A DNA stretch of 64,000 nt from Eledone cirrhosa. Taxonomy: Eukaryota. Below are positions 14,001-25,520 of this stretch, piece after piece. Below the pieces are notes generated by a model. It was not told where the DNA came from. It was given only the letters and a program-made list of their open reading frames with translations, and ran no database searches. The stretch spans positions 92,070,001 through 92,134,000 of the forward strand of contig OZ024741.1 in assembly GCA_964016885.1 (NCBI GenBank), written 5' to 3'. Each line of letters opens with the position of its first letter. Within the stretch, counting starts at the first letter, position 1. The translations under genes were made by a program, and so were the position numbers.

Positions 14001-14038
<38 letters not shown>

Positions 14039-14057
14039 GAATATAAAAAAGAGATAA

Positions 14058-14186
<129 letters not shown>

Positions 14187-14313
14187 CAAATCGTAAGGGA
14201 CCAGATTCGCTAGGGTGAAAAAAATACTAACTATGAACAATAGGTTTGCCAGACTCAATTTAAAAGAATAAATCAAGAAAATAAATACAAACGGATATTG
14301 GGGCAACTGCCAG

Positions 14314-14393
14314 ACACCCAGACAGCTTTTGGTAATGCTGTTTCGCAATTTTAGTGAAGAGAATTATCAATTCTTTTGCTCATCAGTGGATGT
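14314..14393 (-). ncRNA. Canonical type I hammerhead ribozyme
   Basis: Minus strand ACATCCA CTGATGA GCAA[..AGAATT gat AATTCT..]TTGC GAAAC AGC attaccaaaa GCT GTC TGGGTGT. Stem I 7 bp, stem II 4 bp, stem III 5 bp, GUC site. Confidence 0.88.
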
Positions 14394-15175
14394 AAAATTA
14401 ATAAACCTTTCACTTCTAAATATCTCAGAAGACTGAATAGTGTGCGTATATAAAATAACGCACATGGCATCAGAACCTAGCGTGTCTCATAAACGTATAC
14501 TACTAAAAATAGCAGCCTAGTTTACTCGACATTTAAATTAGCTCTACAAATTGAAGGAGCCGAATATATCAACGAATATATCAAATTTGAAAACAAATAA
14601 TAAACAACCTTCGGCCTTCGAAGATTTTTTAGACTTATTTTATGAAAAATGTAGCGTCTTCGACGCCGGGAAATACGGTATTTGTATATATATACAACTG
14701 AATCGGTGGATATTGATTCATGAATATTGTTTATTCCATCGTTCCATTTCCGCAGCAGCCCTCTTGAAAAAGCCATGAGCGTCTTATTGCTATCTTTCCT
14801 CTCTCTCTGAAACTCTGAAATCAATAGAGCTGACAACTCATTGATTTATACATCTGATAGGTCAAGTGATTGACTATTTAACGCAATGCTATGCTGCTTA
14901 AATGAATATTTATCTTTGCATTAGTTATACACTTGTTTCATAAATATATTTGCATAAAATTGAACGATATCTAATATAATTTCTTTATTTATCTGTGTGG
15001 ACAATTAATGATTTGTTCATGTATGTGTGAGTCGTTAGAATGTCCTATAGAATGGTTTGCTGTATTCGTTCCAACTTTTGCGCTCTGAGTGTACATCCCA
15101 ATGGCGTCAACTTTCCCTTTCGTGCTTCATGCTTTGGAGGTCGATAAATAAAATGCGAGTCTAGTACTGAGGTTG

Positions 15176-15177
<2 letters not shown>

Positions 15178-15257
<80 letters not shown>

Positions 15258-15520
15258 TCTCTCTCTCTGCCTCTCTGTGTCTCTCTCTCTCCCCTCTATA
15301 TCTGTCTCTCACTCTCCCCCCTCTCTCCCCTCTGAATCTGTCTCTACCATATCTCCCTCTCTCCAACTCCGTCTCTCTCCAACTCTCTCTCTCTCTCTCT
15401 CCAACTCTCCCTCCAACTCCTTCTCTCTCTCTCTCCAACTCTCTCCATCTCTCTCTCCAACTCACCCTCCAAATCTCTCCACCAACTCTCTCTCTCTCTC
15501 TCTCTCTCTCTCGCTCTCTT
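15178..15520. repeat. (CT)n and CT-rich degenerate repeat
   Basis: Seen directly; followed by (TG)n at 15633-15724. Confidence 0.9.
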
Positions 15521-15629
15521 TTAGTTGATAAAGGAGTCCTAAATTTTAAATATAAAATATAGGATAAAAGTGCGTGTGCGCGTGTGCGCGTGTTCATGTG
15601 TATGTAAGTATGTGTGTGTTTGTGTGCAT

Positions 15630-15728
<99 letters not shown>

Positions 15729-15877
15729 CGCGTGTGTGCTTATGCGTGTCTGCGTAATGGGAAAGACTTTGCCATTGCGGTCGTAGTGCCAAGGTTCTGC
15801 ACTAAAATCTGCATAACGTTGACACGTTTTAGCATACAAATCGAAATTAGACTCCATTATAATTATGTGTATCTGTG

Positions 15878-15917
<40 letters not shown>

Positions 15918-16274
15918 CGTGTGTGTGTGAAGAGAGAGACACGCACACGCACACACACACATGTATATATATATATATCTGTATGTGTGTGTGTGGAGAG
16001 AGAAAGATATATATGTATATATATATGTAGAAGTTCTATTTAAATTGTTGGGATACAACAAGCAAATATTTTTATAACTGATATAAAGCACTCAACAAAT
16101 AATTGCAGTAAAAATATATTGACAAATGGAAACTATATTTATAAAACCATATTTATTTCATTATACATATTTCATATATATATATATATTTTATCTGATG
16201 TATATATATATATGTATATTTTATCTGATGTATATATATATATGTATATTTCATATACATATATATATATATAT

Positions 16275-16333
16275 TTTATCTGATGAAAGCACACAATAAT
16301 TTAACTTGGTGTCCTTGAAATATGTATAATGAA
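16275..16333 (+). ncRNA. Type I hammerhead ribozyme (AUA site)
   Basis: TTTAT CTGATGA AAG c ACAC...GTGT c CTT GAAA T atgt ATA ATGAA; sister copy at 20902-20956. Confidence 0.7.
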
Positions 16334-16409
16334 ATAAATATGGTTTTATAAATATAGTTTCCATTTGTTAATATCGTATATATATATATGCACACACACA
16401 TATACACAT

Positions 16410-16453
<44 letters not shown>

Positions 16454-16582
16454 GTGTGTGTGTAAGAGAGAGAGAGAAGGAGAAAGAGAGAGGGAGTGGA
16501 AAGACAGAGAGAGGGGGAGAAAAGAGAGAGACACACGCACACACACACACACAAACACAAACACACACATGTATATATATAT

Positions 16583-16864
16583 CCTTGATCCTTGATCCAG
16601 GGTCTTGAAATCTCTCGCAGAGGAGGAACCCCTCCCTGGACTCCTTTCACCGACTTCTGTCCCTTGCCAGTCTTGGCCATATGGGTCCCAGGTGGTTGGT
16701 GGGGTCGTCTCGCTATCTTATCCTTGGACGTCCTTTTAATCTTGTCCATTTTCATGGTGTCCACTCTGCCACTCTGGTCGTCCATCTGTTGCCACTGAGT
16801 CACCAGATCTGGCCAGCCAATTTGTATTTTAGTCGTCTTGATGGCTGTTATTATGTCACTGACT
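16583..16864 (-). mobile_element. RTE-clade LINE 3' fragment
   Basis: Minus-strand NRWTTRVAEWTP*KWTRLKGRPRIR...LGPIWPRLARDRS, ending in a short GGATCAA tandem tail. Confidence 0.75.
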
Positions 16865-16997
16865 ATGTTACGTCCCTTTCCGGTCTGAGTTCAAATCCCG
16901 CCAGGGTTAACTTTGCCTTTCATCCTTACGGGGTCGATAAAATAAAGTACCAGTAATGTACTGGGTAATTGCTGGCCTTGTGCCTAAAGTAGAAACA
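16865..16997 (+). mobile_element. 5'-truncated SINE family A with 15-bp TSD
   Basis: Core motif present; ATTATGTCACTGACT at 16850-16864 and 16998-17012. Confidence 0.88.
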
Positions 16998-17014
16998 ATT
17001 ATGTCACTGACTGT

Positions 17015-17146
<132 letters not shown>

Positions 17147-17394
17147 ACAGTCAGTTTGGTTACATACGGTTTGTCTGTTTGGTTACATACAGACTAGCTA
17201 GACACTCACAGTAAAGTGTCCAGTGAAAAACTCGGTACATGTACATATGTATACGTGTGTGTATTTATATGCATACTAGTACTTCAGTATACATATGTGG
17301 ATGTACACTTTTAACTTAATTGTTTAAGCGTCAGTCATACAAAAGTGAGTTACAAACGAAACGAAATTTAATTTCGTTTCGTTATTTGTTTTTA

Positions 17395-17830
<436 letters not shown>

Positions 17831-17920
17831 TACAGTAAACAAAAAATAAAAAACAACGTGGCAGCGAAGAGGCAGTACAAATGTTAATATTAGTTTCACG
17901 CTTGAGAGTGGGGGTGGGGG

Positions 17921-17953
17921 GACAACGTTTCGGGCATAAGCCCTTCATCAGGG
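17921..17953 (-). ncRNA. Minimal hammerhead core (stem I not evident)
   Basis: Minus strand CTGATGA A GGGC ttat GCCC GAAAC GTT, with palindromic AACGTT at stem III. Confidence 0.5.
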
Positions 17954-18012
17954 TAAAAGTGGGCAGGAAAAGAGTTCCGAGGGTGTGAGGGGTGTATATA
18001 TATATATATATC

Positions 18013-18610
18013 TTTTTGGTTGTCCATCGTAAACGATGATGACATCTTCTTTATTGTTGTTCATGTCTGCCGTGGGCACGAAAGTGGCTGTGGAGGCCGA
18101 TCCTTGACTTTCAGGTCCGGGGACAGTGGGGGCAGAGGAAGAGACCGGAGTCAGACTGGCAACTCCCAGAGGTTACCTCCACCTGTTACCTCCACCTCTT
18201 TCCTATCGCCGCAGGGCTTTGGGAGTGCACGCTAAAGAAGAAACCTGTACGGGAAAGGTTTATAGTGGGAGGGCCAGTGCACAGTGACGGTCCCACTCAC
18301 TCGGCCGCAGAAGCCAGAATCCGGTGGTACGTAGGACTGTCAGGGACTTCCTTGGCTGCAGTGGATGCCCTCGACGTCCTTTTGTGCCTTACCGTGCCCT
18401 AGCACTCCACACTGCTTGCTGTCGCCACCTTCGTGACCGTTGGGGCGATGTTGTCCTCCTCCACTCACTCTGCCGGGTCCAGTCTTCGCATGCAGGGGCA
18501 GGCATCCCCTATCTAACTCGCCGGAGTGATTCAGACCCGTCCGGCTACCCTCAACCTGGTTGGGCCCGCCAGCCAAGGCGGTTTACCGGGATGTGGCCGC
18601 TATCGCATGC
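18013..18610. mobile_element. GC-rich repeat-derived block, possibly an RTE-clade 5' region
   Basis: Sharp GC island bounded by (TA)n on both sides; shares GGTTGTCCATC with the similar block at 41395-41870. The family assignment is a recollection of similarity, not demonstrated. Confidence 0.35.
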
Positions 18611-18616
18611 ATATAC

Positions 18617-18651
<35 letters not shown>

Positions 18652-19832
18652 AATCCGAGCATTTCGGTATGCAATTTACACCCGTAAACACCCATTAACA
18701 CCCGTCGCCATTACAATTACGTATTTAGTGTACACTCTGAGTTATATTTTTGTACGTTCCCACAAAGTTACTTGCCCATGGTGCCACGGTTACAAAGCGA
18801 TCTTCTTAACCACACAGCCATGCCTACACTTGTTGTCGTTTTGTTTGTTCTTTTTGTTTTGTTCTTGCCAGTCTCTGTTGTTATTAGTTTCCAATACACA
18901 TTACATGAATAATAGAAACTCTGCATTCATTGTGTAATCTGTACCGAGTAACCATTAGTAATGTTCAAAGACTTGTAGCAATAATAAACTGATACACTTG
19001 ATATCGACTATCGTTATAGTCTCCTAAACTCGTGATGACAAATGTAAAGAAAGACGACAGATAAAACAATATGTCTTCTTATTACAGAGAAATCCTTTGA
19101 GAATTTCGCAAGAGGAAAGTAAAGGAAGCCTGGCTTGTCACTTTTCAAAGATGCAACCGCTGCTTGCGTTTATGATAAATAGCCATATATTGTATAAAAC
19201 ATCCACTTGATTCGATGACGTAGATTGTTTGAAATCAAATCCTGTATGGAACTCATAGATCTTTAAATAAACAATACCAATGAAATATCTTGTAGGGGAA
19301 GTATCTTCACTGTAAAATCAGATATTTGTGAAGTGGAAATCTGGTTCCTGACAGACTCATATTTCTAACACTTTAAATATTTATGTTGGTTTAACAGATA
19401 TGTTTTCTTCTACTCGGATTCTTCAAAATGAAATTAATGTTATAATTCTCTGTTTTTATATGACTTCTAAAGTAGCTTGTCAAACAAATACAACTTCAAA
19501 ATCTCTCTTTGTGTTCTGAGTTCAAATCCTGTCGAGCTCAACTTTGCGTTCCATCTTTCTGGGGTCGATAAATATTAAAAAACACAGTCATTTACTAGTG
19601 TTTGATTAACTAACTATACTCGTCCACAAAATATGTAACGTATGCCTTTGTTAAAAATCAATATTATAATTCTCTCTAACAAGAGCAACGATTCAATTAT
19701 TTTAAAGTACCATGCACCGTATCGATTTGGGTTGGTTAAATCGACTCTTATCACTTTCCCTACAGAATTTATTTTCGTGTTTAGGTAAGATATAAACATA
19801 TTTGAATAACAAAGAACGAATCGAATTTTGAA

Positions 19833-19983
19833 TGTTTGTTAAATTTATGGAAGCTGAATCAACACAGGTATTTTAACTATGAAAATAGATGAACAAGTAG
19901 GGCATATAAACTTATATGCTCTACTTGTTCAACTATTTTCATTGTCAAAAACCTGCTTTGTTGCAGCTTACATTTAGCTAACA
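19833..19983. repeat. About 150-bp imperfect inverted repeat (hairpin)
   Basis: ATGAAAATAGATGAACAAGTAGGGCATATAA / TTATATGCTCTACTTGTTCAACTATTTTCAT, centred near 19910. Confidence 0.85.
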
Positions 19984-20446
19984 TATTTGAATATATATAT
20001 ATATACACTATATCATATCGATATGTTTAATTTATATATATTTAGTTTCACTGCAAAAGCATGCCACAGGGCATTCGGCAGCATGGAATGAGAATTGAAT
20101 CGATGAGTTTCGTCTATCTTAAGCAGTAATCGTTTTGAAATTTCTAAAATCGATTAAAAGTGACAAGTCACAACCAAGCTATAACAGAGAAGGATGGACA
20201 GAGAAATGAACTCTCTTCTCTGAATGAACATGTATGTGAAAATTAATTTTTCTTCCACTTTTATTTTGATTATTATTCTTATCACTATTTATACAAATAT
20301 GCAACTTAACAATATTTTGCATATCCGCAATTGACAAGGCATATGTGTTATGTATTTCTGTAGAAAAGGTAAGGGAAAAAAGAGTGCTCTATGTATAGTA
20401 CAGAGCTATTTAATTATATAATAAACAACGCAATATAATTAACGTT

Positions 20447-20486
20447 GCTCTGAGGATCACCAATAGTGTGAAACAGAACTGTCAGC
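20447..20486 (+). ncRNA. Minimal type I hammerhead ribozyme
   Basis: GCT CTGAGGA T CAC caata GTG T GAAAC AG aa CT GTC AGC; GUC site. Confidence 0.7.
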
Positions 20487-20901
20487 TTATCTCCCTTCCT
20501 TTGCCGAAAAAAGAAGTGACATAGTCACTACTTTAAAAATGATACCCAAGGTCTTCAAAATCTTTTTAATTAAACATACGGTATATTGCCAAATATACTA
20601 TACAAACATTCAGGTATACATCGCTATTTCAGAGCACCAATCCTAATATATATATATATACTGTTGTAGGGTTGCAGGTAAATGCGTCTGTAGGCGGTAT
20701 GCCGGTTGAGCACTCGATGCTCGCGCAGAGTCGGGTTCGACCCGTAACAGATCTTGCCTCGAGCTGATCGACGGAGAAACATATGTAATATGTTAATAAA
20801 TGTGATATGATGCAACACTGATTCCTCGTTCTCTATAATATATATATATATATATCAATGATATCAATAAATGGAAACTATATTTATAAAACCATATTTA
20901 T

Positions 20902-20956
20902 TCTATTATATATATTTCAAGGGTACCAAAACTTTGGTACGCTCTCATCAGATAAA
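20902..20956 (-). ncRNA. Type I hammerhead ribozyme (AUA site), sister of 16275-16333
   Basis: Minus strand TTTAT CTGATGA GAG c GTACCAAA gt TTTGGTAC c CTT GAAA T atat ATA ATAGA. Confidence 0.75.
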
Positions 20957-21326
20957 ATACAAAGTTTGTTTTATAAATATTGACATATCCAGGAAGGAGA
21001 ACTTAACGGTTCAAGTTTTTCCTGGATAGTAAAAGGAAAGAGGAGAAAAAGAGGAAAAGTCAAATATTTCAAATTATTAAGATGAATATGCAAATGAGGT
21101 TGAGGTATAGGGCTGAAAAAACGTTATTCTTTTTCTTTTATATATATACATATATATAAAAGAAAATGTTCGCTCTACATGGCTGAATACAATAAATGTA
21201 ATCTGAGTTTTTCGAATATTAATAATATCATTCGATTCGTTTGCAATTACGCAAACAAGCCTCAATTTTATAACCATGTCAGTAGAATGAACCCTACATT
21301 CTTGCTCTTGTGTTGGCATGTGAACA

Positions 21327-21376
21327 GAACTGTAGACACTAATGTTTCTGGGTTTCACCCTTCATCAGTACAGCCC
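21327..21376 (-). ncRNA. Minimal type I hammerhead ribozyme
   Basis: Minus strand GGGCTGTA CTGATGA A GGGT gaa ACCC A GAAAC A ttag T GTC TACAGTTC. Stem I 8 bp with 2 GU pairs, GUC site. Confidence 0.82.
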
Positions 21377-21489
21377 ACTGCTCACCTGCCAAACTGCCAG
21401 AGCTAGTGATAATATATGCTATTTTCAAAAATACACAGTGACTGATCGGCCTGATTTTCATATTAGCAGACTGGCTGATCAGTGAGATC

Positions 21490-21540
<51 letters not shown>

Positions 21541-21930
21541 GGGGTTCATTCACTCTAACATGTTAGACACATATAACTATGTTTTTCGGACAGAAGGCAT
21601 CCCTGAGGAACACTTCCATGTATTAATTGGAAATATTGAAAGAAACACTGAAAATGTTTTCACTATATATATTTTTTTACTCTCCAATTATTTTTTTTAT
21701 CATTTCCCCCGTTCCTTCCTCTTATCACTCTTCACTTTCTATTTATCTTCTATTTCTAACTCTATCTTCTAATGAAGGACTAGTGTATGAAACCTTAAAA
21801 CTCTCTTCTTGCTATTTCAAGTGTTTCTTCCATGTACTGTGCCGTTTGTTTTGTTATTTTTTCTATTTCTGTTTACCTTTTACATATATATACACACAAC
21901 CACACCCACACCCACACCTCACACACACAG

Positions 21931-21967
<37 letters not shown>

Positions 21968-22019
21968 GCGGCGATGAATTAGTTTTGCGAGGTTTTTTAT
22001 ATGAAATCATGTGTCGAAA

Positions 22020-22299
22020 CAGATATTGTTATATTTGGGGAGGGTCATATTTGCGTAATATTGCCAGAATTAATAACAGAACACACTCACTGTTTGGTTG
22101 GTTTTCGCTTCTCGCTGTCTTTTATATATATATATCTGCGATCTAACTTACTCGGTCCTCAATGTTGCCATTGACTGACCGGCGGTCAAAAATAATACAG
22201 ATACAATATAGACACAAACACATATATATAGTTTACATAATTTACATAAATCTTTCGTTGCACATCTGCAACATCGTCAGTGGTGTTATATTCATTGTT

Positions 22300-22301
<2 letters not shown>
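22020..22301 (-). mobile_element. PLE pLTR fragment with damaged hammerhead (22251-22285)
   Basis: Minus strand ACCA CTGACGA T GTTGCA gatg TGCAAC GAAAGA, with stem II identical to 12977-13020. The downstream part is homologous to 13830-14005; (TA)n lies nearby on both sides. Confidence 0.65.
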
Positions 22302-22355
<54 letters not shown>

Positions 22356-22452
22356 GGGTCGATTCCCGATGATTTTATACGAATGAAAGTTTTAGTCTTA
22401 TCGAAGTCATTTCTCTCTCTCCCCTCCCTCTCTCCTTCTCTCTCTCTCTCTC

Positions 22453-22501
<49 letters not shown>

Positions 22502-22814
22502 CCACGGTCACACGGCTACAAAACTACACAACATCACTCATCATTTCATCATTTGTATTTTTTTATATTTGCTATATGAACCGAAAACATGTGCTGATGT
22601 GAAGATATTTCTTCCTATCTGTATATAATCACGTAGCAAAGTAATTAAAGAAAACGGTGAATAAACACTGACTACATACATTGATTCGGTTAAAATGAAG
22701 AAAGCGAGGGTGAGCTAGATGGTGGCAAATTGCTCGTAATTTTCTAAATTACATCTAATGCCCTTCAGATAAGCACAGCATCAAGAGTGGAATGTAATAA
22801 AAGCAACACAATAA

Positions 22815-25277
22815 TTTTAGCTTCTACCTAATGCAAAAAAAAAATAATAATAAACAAAGAAAGAGGGAAAAAAATTAATTCCATTGCTCTATTTTCACTA
22901 CTGTTGCTGCAGTATTTCAGTGTAATATGTAATACAGTAAAACTGTGGGGCGGGGGGGGGGGGGGCACAACTGGAGGCGTGTTGGATAAAATGCCATTAC
23001 ACTATTTGTTATGGTTCTCTATATTCTGAGTTCAACTTTGCCTTTCATCCCTTTGGGGTCGATAAAATCAAGTACCAGTCAAGTACTGGGGTTGATTTAA
23101 ATAAACTTTACCTTTCCCCAAACGTTTTCTAGCCTTGCCTCTAAATTAGAAGTTAATATGTAATACTGTGAAGGTAGCTGTGTGGCAGGATCGTCCGAAC
23201 GTCGGATAGAATGTTTTGCGATATTCGTTCCGTCTTTCTGCACTTTGACTTCAAATCCTGTTGAAGTCAACTACGCCTTTCGTCCTTTCGAGGTCAAGAA
23301 ATAAAACTAGTTAGATCCTCCCATTCCACGTGAAACATTGGGCAGCAACAAAACATCTCCACCCTCTGCGGTCTTCTGCAAGAGATTTGGCATCCTCCCA
23401 GCTCAGCTCTTCCCCATCTAGATCCTTCAGCATCTCTTCCATGTTGTTAATGGGTGTTCACGTTTCCTTTTCCACCCTCTGGCTTCCAGTCCAGGGAGAA
23501 TCTTGCGTGTTTTGTTATTAGCATTCTAAAGACTAAATAAAGAACCAGTTTAATATTCGGGTTCGATTCTTTCTGTATATCATCTTCTCACTTCTCTCTC
23601 TCGCTCTCTCTCTATCTCAAACTCTCTCTCTCTCTTTTTAGCTTCTACCTAATGCAAAAAAAAAATAATAATAAACAAAGAAAGAGGGAAAAAAATTAAT
23701 TCCATTGCTCTATTTTCACTACTGTTGCTGCAGTATTTCAGTGTAATATGTAATACAGTAAAACTGTGGGGCGGGGGGGGGGGGGGCACAACTGGAGGCG
23801 TGTTGGATAAAATGCCATTACACTATTTGTTATGGTTCTCTATATTCTGAGTTCAACTTTGCCTTTCATCCCTTTGGGGTCGATAAAATCAAGTACCAGT
23901 CAAGTACTGGGGTTGATTTAAATAAACTTTACCTTTCCCCAAACGTTTTCTAGCCTTGCCTCTAAATTAGAAGTTAATATGTAATACTGTGAAGGTAGCT
24001 GTGTGGCAGGATCGTCCGAACGTCGGATAGAATGTTTTGCGATATTCGTTCCGTCTTTCTGCACTTTGACTTCAAATCCTGTTGAAGTCAACTACGCCTT
24101 TCGTCCTTTCGAGGTCAAGAAATAAAACTAGTTAGATCCTCCCATTCCACGTGAAACATTGGGCAGCAACAAAACATCTCCACCCTCTGCGGTCTTCTGC
24201 AAGAGATTTGGCATCCTCCCAGCTCAGCTCTTCCCCATCTAGATCCTTCAGCATCTCTTCCATGTTGTTAATGGGTGTTCACGTTTCCTTTTCCACCCTC
24301 TGGCTTCCAGTCCAGGGAGAATCTTGCGTGTTTTGTTATTAGCATTCTAAAGACTAAATAAAGAACCAGTTTAATATTCGGGTTCGATTCTTTCTGTATA
24401 TCATCTTCTCACTTCTCTCTCTCGCTCTCTCTCTATCTCAAACTCTCTCTCTCTCTTTTTAGCTTCTACCTAATGCAAAAAAAAAATAATAATAAACAAA
24501 GAAAGAGGGAAAAAAATTAATTCCATTGCTCTATTTTCACTACTGTTGCTGCAGTATTTCAGTGTAATATGTAATACAGTAAAACTGTGGGGCGGGGGGG
24601 GGGGGGGGCACAACTGGAGGCGTGTTGGATAAAATGCCATTACACTATTTGTTATGGTTCTCTATATTCTGAGTTCAACTTTGCCTTTCATCCCTTTGGG
24701 GTCGATAAAATCAAGTACCAGTCAAGTACTGGGGTTGATTTAAATAAACTTTACCTTTCCCCAAACGTTTTCTAGCCTTGCCTCTAAATTAGAAGTTAAT
24801 ATGTAATACTGTGAAGGTAGCTGTGTGGCAGGATCGTCCGAACGTCGGATAGAATGTTTTGCGATATTCGTTCCGTCTTTCTGCACTTTGACTTCAAATC
24901 CTGTTGAAGTCAACTACGCCTTTCGTCCTTTCGAGGTCAAGAAATAAAACTAGTTAGATCCTCCCATTCCACGTGAAACATTGGGCAGCAACAAAACATC
25001 TCCACCCTCTGCGGTCTTCTGCAAGAGATTTGGCATCCTCCCAGCTCAGCTCTTCCCCATCTAGATCCTTCAGCATCTCTTCCATGTTGTTAATGGGTGT
25101 TCACGTTTCCTTTTCCACCCTCTGGCTTCCAGTCCAGGGAGAATCTTGCGTGTTTTGTTATTAGCATTCTAAAGACTAAATAAAGAACCAGTTTAATATT
25201 CGGGTTCGATTCTTTCTGTATATCATCTTCTCACTTCTCTCTCTCGCTCTCTCTCTATCTCAAACTCTCTCTCTCTC
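22815..25277. repeat. Three tandem, near-identical copies of an 821/822-bp unit
   Basis: Units start at TTTTAGCTTCTACC 22815, 23636 and 24457, and the identical 63-aa ORF recurs three times. Each unit holds two old SINE A pieces and an RTE 3' fragment. Confidence 0.95.
23315..23528 (-). mobile_element. RTE-clade LINE 3' fragment (repeated at +821 and +1643)
   Basis: Minus-strand SLDWKPEGGK...TTWKR...LSWEDAKSLAEDRRGWRCFVAAQC. Confidence 0.7.
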
Positions 25278-25520
25278 TCTCACTCTCTCTCTCTCTCCCC
25301 CTCTCTCTCTTTCTCCATCCCTCTCACTCTTTCTATTTCTTTCTCTCTCGCTCTCTCCCCCCTCACTCACTCTTTCACCGTGGAAGAAATCGGGGTATAT
25401 GCGTTTTTGCAACACCATCAAGTGTTCAGGGCCGGATCATGAAATATCATGATTAAGGGTTCTTTTTAACTGTCTTAATAATATTTGGGGTTTATATTGT
25501 GGTAAAAGATTGGAAATTAT

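Larger units (their letters stand above)
13180..14005 (-). mobile_element. 5'-truncated Penelope-like element: GIY-YIG, pLTR with hammerhead, and an inverted pLTR tail at 13830-14005
   Basis: GIY-YIG ORF 13498-13830 and hammerhead 13253-13293. The segment 13830-14005 is homologous, in the opposite orientation, to 22020-22210, which follows a sister hammerhead. Confidence 0.75.

Noticed and set aside
18480-18610. HDV-like ribozyme at a putative RTE 5' end
   Set aside because: I could not build the nested double pseudoknot (no P3/L3/P1.1 motif).
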